A stretch of DNA of 64,000 bases from Mobula hypostoma (lineage: Eukaryota). Location: NCBI RefSeq assembly GCF_963921235.1, contig NC_086110.1, positions 9,672,001-9,736,000 on the forward strand. The letters are read 5' to 3'. The notes under the pieces are model-generated. The model saw only the letters and a program-made list of their open reading frames with translations. It was not told where the DNA came from and ran no database searches. Shown piece by piece: positions 63,125 through 64,000 of this stretch; positions within the stretch are counted from its first letter, which is position 1, and each line of letters starts with the position of its first letter. The translations under genes and the position numbers were made by a program.

Positions 63125-63850
63125 CCTCTACATCCTTCGTAGCAGTTGTAAAACGCCTGAAAGTTGTATTCGCTCGCCATTGGATACCAGAAACATTTGT
63201 ACCACACAACGGTCCACAATTCAGCTGCTCAGAATTCAAAGCCATTATTAGTTATTATGACTTTAAACACCAGACAAGAAGTCCACAGTACCCGCAGGCA
63301 AACGGAGAAGCGAAAGGAGCACTCCAAACGCAACTGAAAAGAATACCCTACTGAAAGCAAAAGACCCCTACAAAACACTGTTAGCTTATCGCTCTGAACC
63401 TCCTGTGAATGCTTACAATCTATAACAGCTGTCTATAGGCCGGAGACTGACAGCAAACCTATCCTATCCGCTTCTATAACCTCGCCAGAGAAAGTGAGAA
63501 ATTTTGAAACAGCAATGTGAAAAAGCGAAGAGTATTCATGATCTGAGACACAGAAGAAAAAAGTTGCCTCCATTCAGGAGTGGTGAAGCTGTTGGAGTTT
63601 CAGACCAATTCACCAATCGTTCGGAAGCATACACCACGAACATTTGTGATCAGAAAACCACAATCAGGTGTTTGATCAAGATCAATCAGGCGAAACAGGC
63701 TTCAAAGTGCATGAAAGGAAGGAAGAGGACCACTTTCCAGAGATGGACGCAGGTGTTTAAGAATCTCCATCCACTACAACACTTTCAGGAACGTACACCA
63801 GATCGGGACGTTTATCTGTCCCACCACACTCCACCGCCCAATAGCTCATA
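63125..63850 (+). mobile_element. Gypsy integrase fragment, degraded
   Basis: Conceptual translation near 63180-63315 gives IPETFV..NGPQFS...SPQYPQANGEA. Confidence 0.7.
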
Positions 63851-63874
63851 ACAAATGACTAAAGAAGCAGGATA

Positions 63875-64000
63875 TTCATGGTTTGTTGCCTCCTGGGTGC
63901 CAAGGTCCGGGATGTCTCTGACCGGGTGCACGACATCCTGGTACAAGTGGGAAAGCAACCAGAAGTCGTGATACATGTTGGCACCAACGACATAGGCAGG
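63875..64000 (+). mobile_element. CR1 ORF1 (SGNH esterase-like) fragment
   Basis: Translates to CLLGAKVRDVSDRV...QPEVVIHVGTNDIG. Confidence 0.75.

Overview
Vertebrate genomic DNA, inferred to be a cartilaginous fish (ray-like) from the CR1, Penelope, Rex1/Babar, fish-type L1 and HERO repeat mix. It is not prokaryotic. Transposon debris dominates the window. Between the repeats lie two tandem paralogues, about 43 kb apart and both on the minus strand, of a spliced immunoglobulin-superfamily receptor gene. I reconstructed both exon by exon from GT-AG boundaries with matching phases: leader, germline-joined V(J) exon, C1 exon, TM exon and cytoplasmic exons. The pair has the hallmarks of paired activating/inhibitory immune receptors. 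Copy 2 (44.7-54.6 kb) has an uncharged TM and an in-frame ITIM-like exon (AAYYAAVDF). Copy 1 (6.1-11.7 kb) has an Arg at the outer end of the TM, and its homologue of the ITIM-like exon (IIHYAAMDF) lies inverted on the opposite strand next to a duplicated exon, so it cannot be spliced in. Other notable structures are a near full-length L1 with a twin-priming-type 5' inversion, four solo LTRs with 5-bp target-site duplications (TSDs), hammerhead-ribozyme cores in Penelope repeats and a HERO-like endonuclease fragment. All alignments and counts were done by eye, and TE boundaries without a TSD are approximate.
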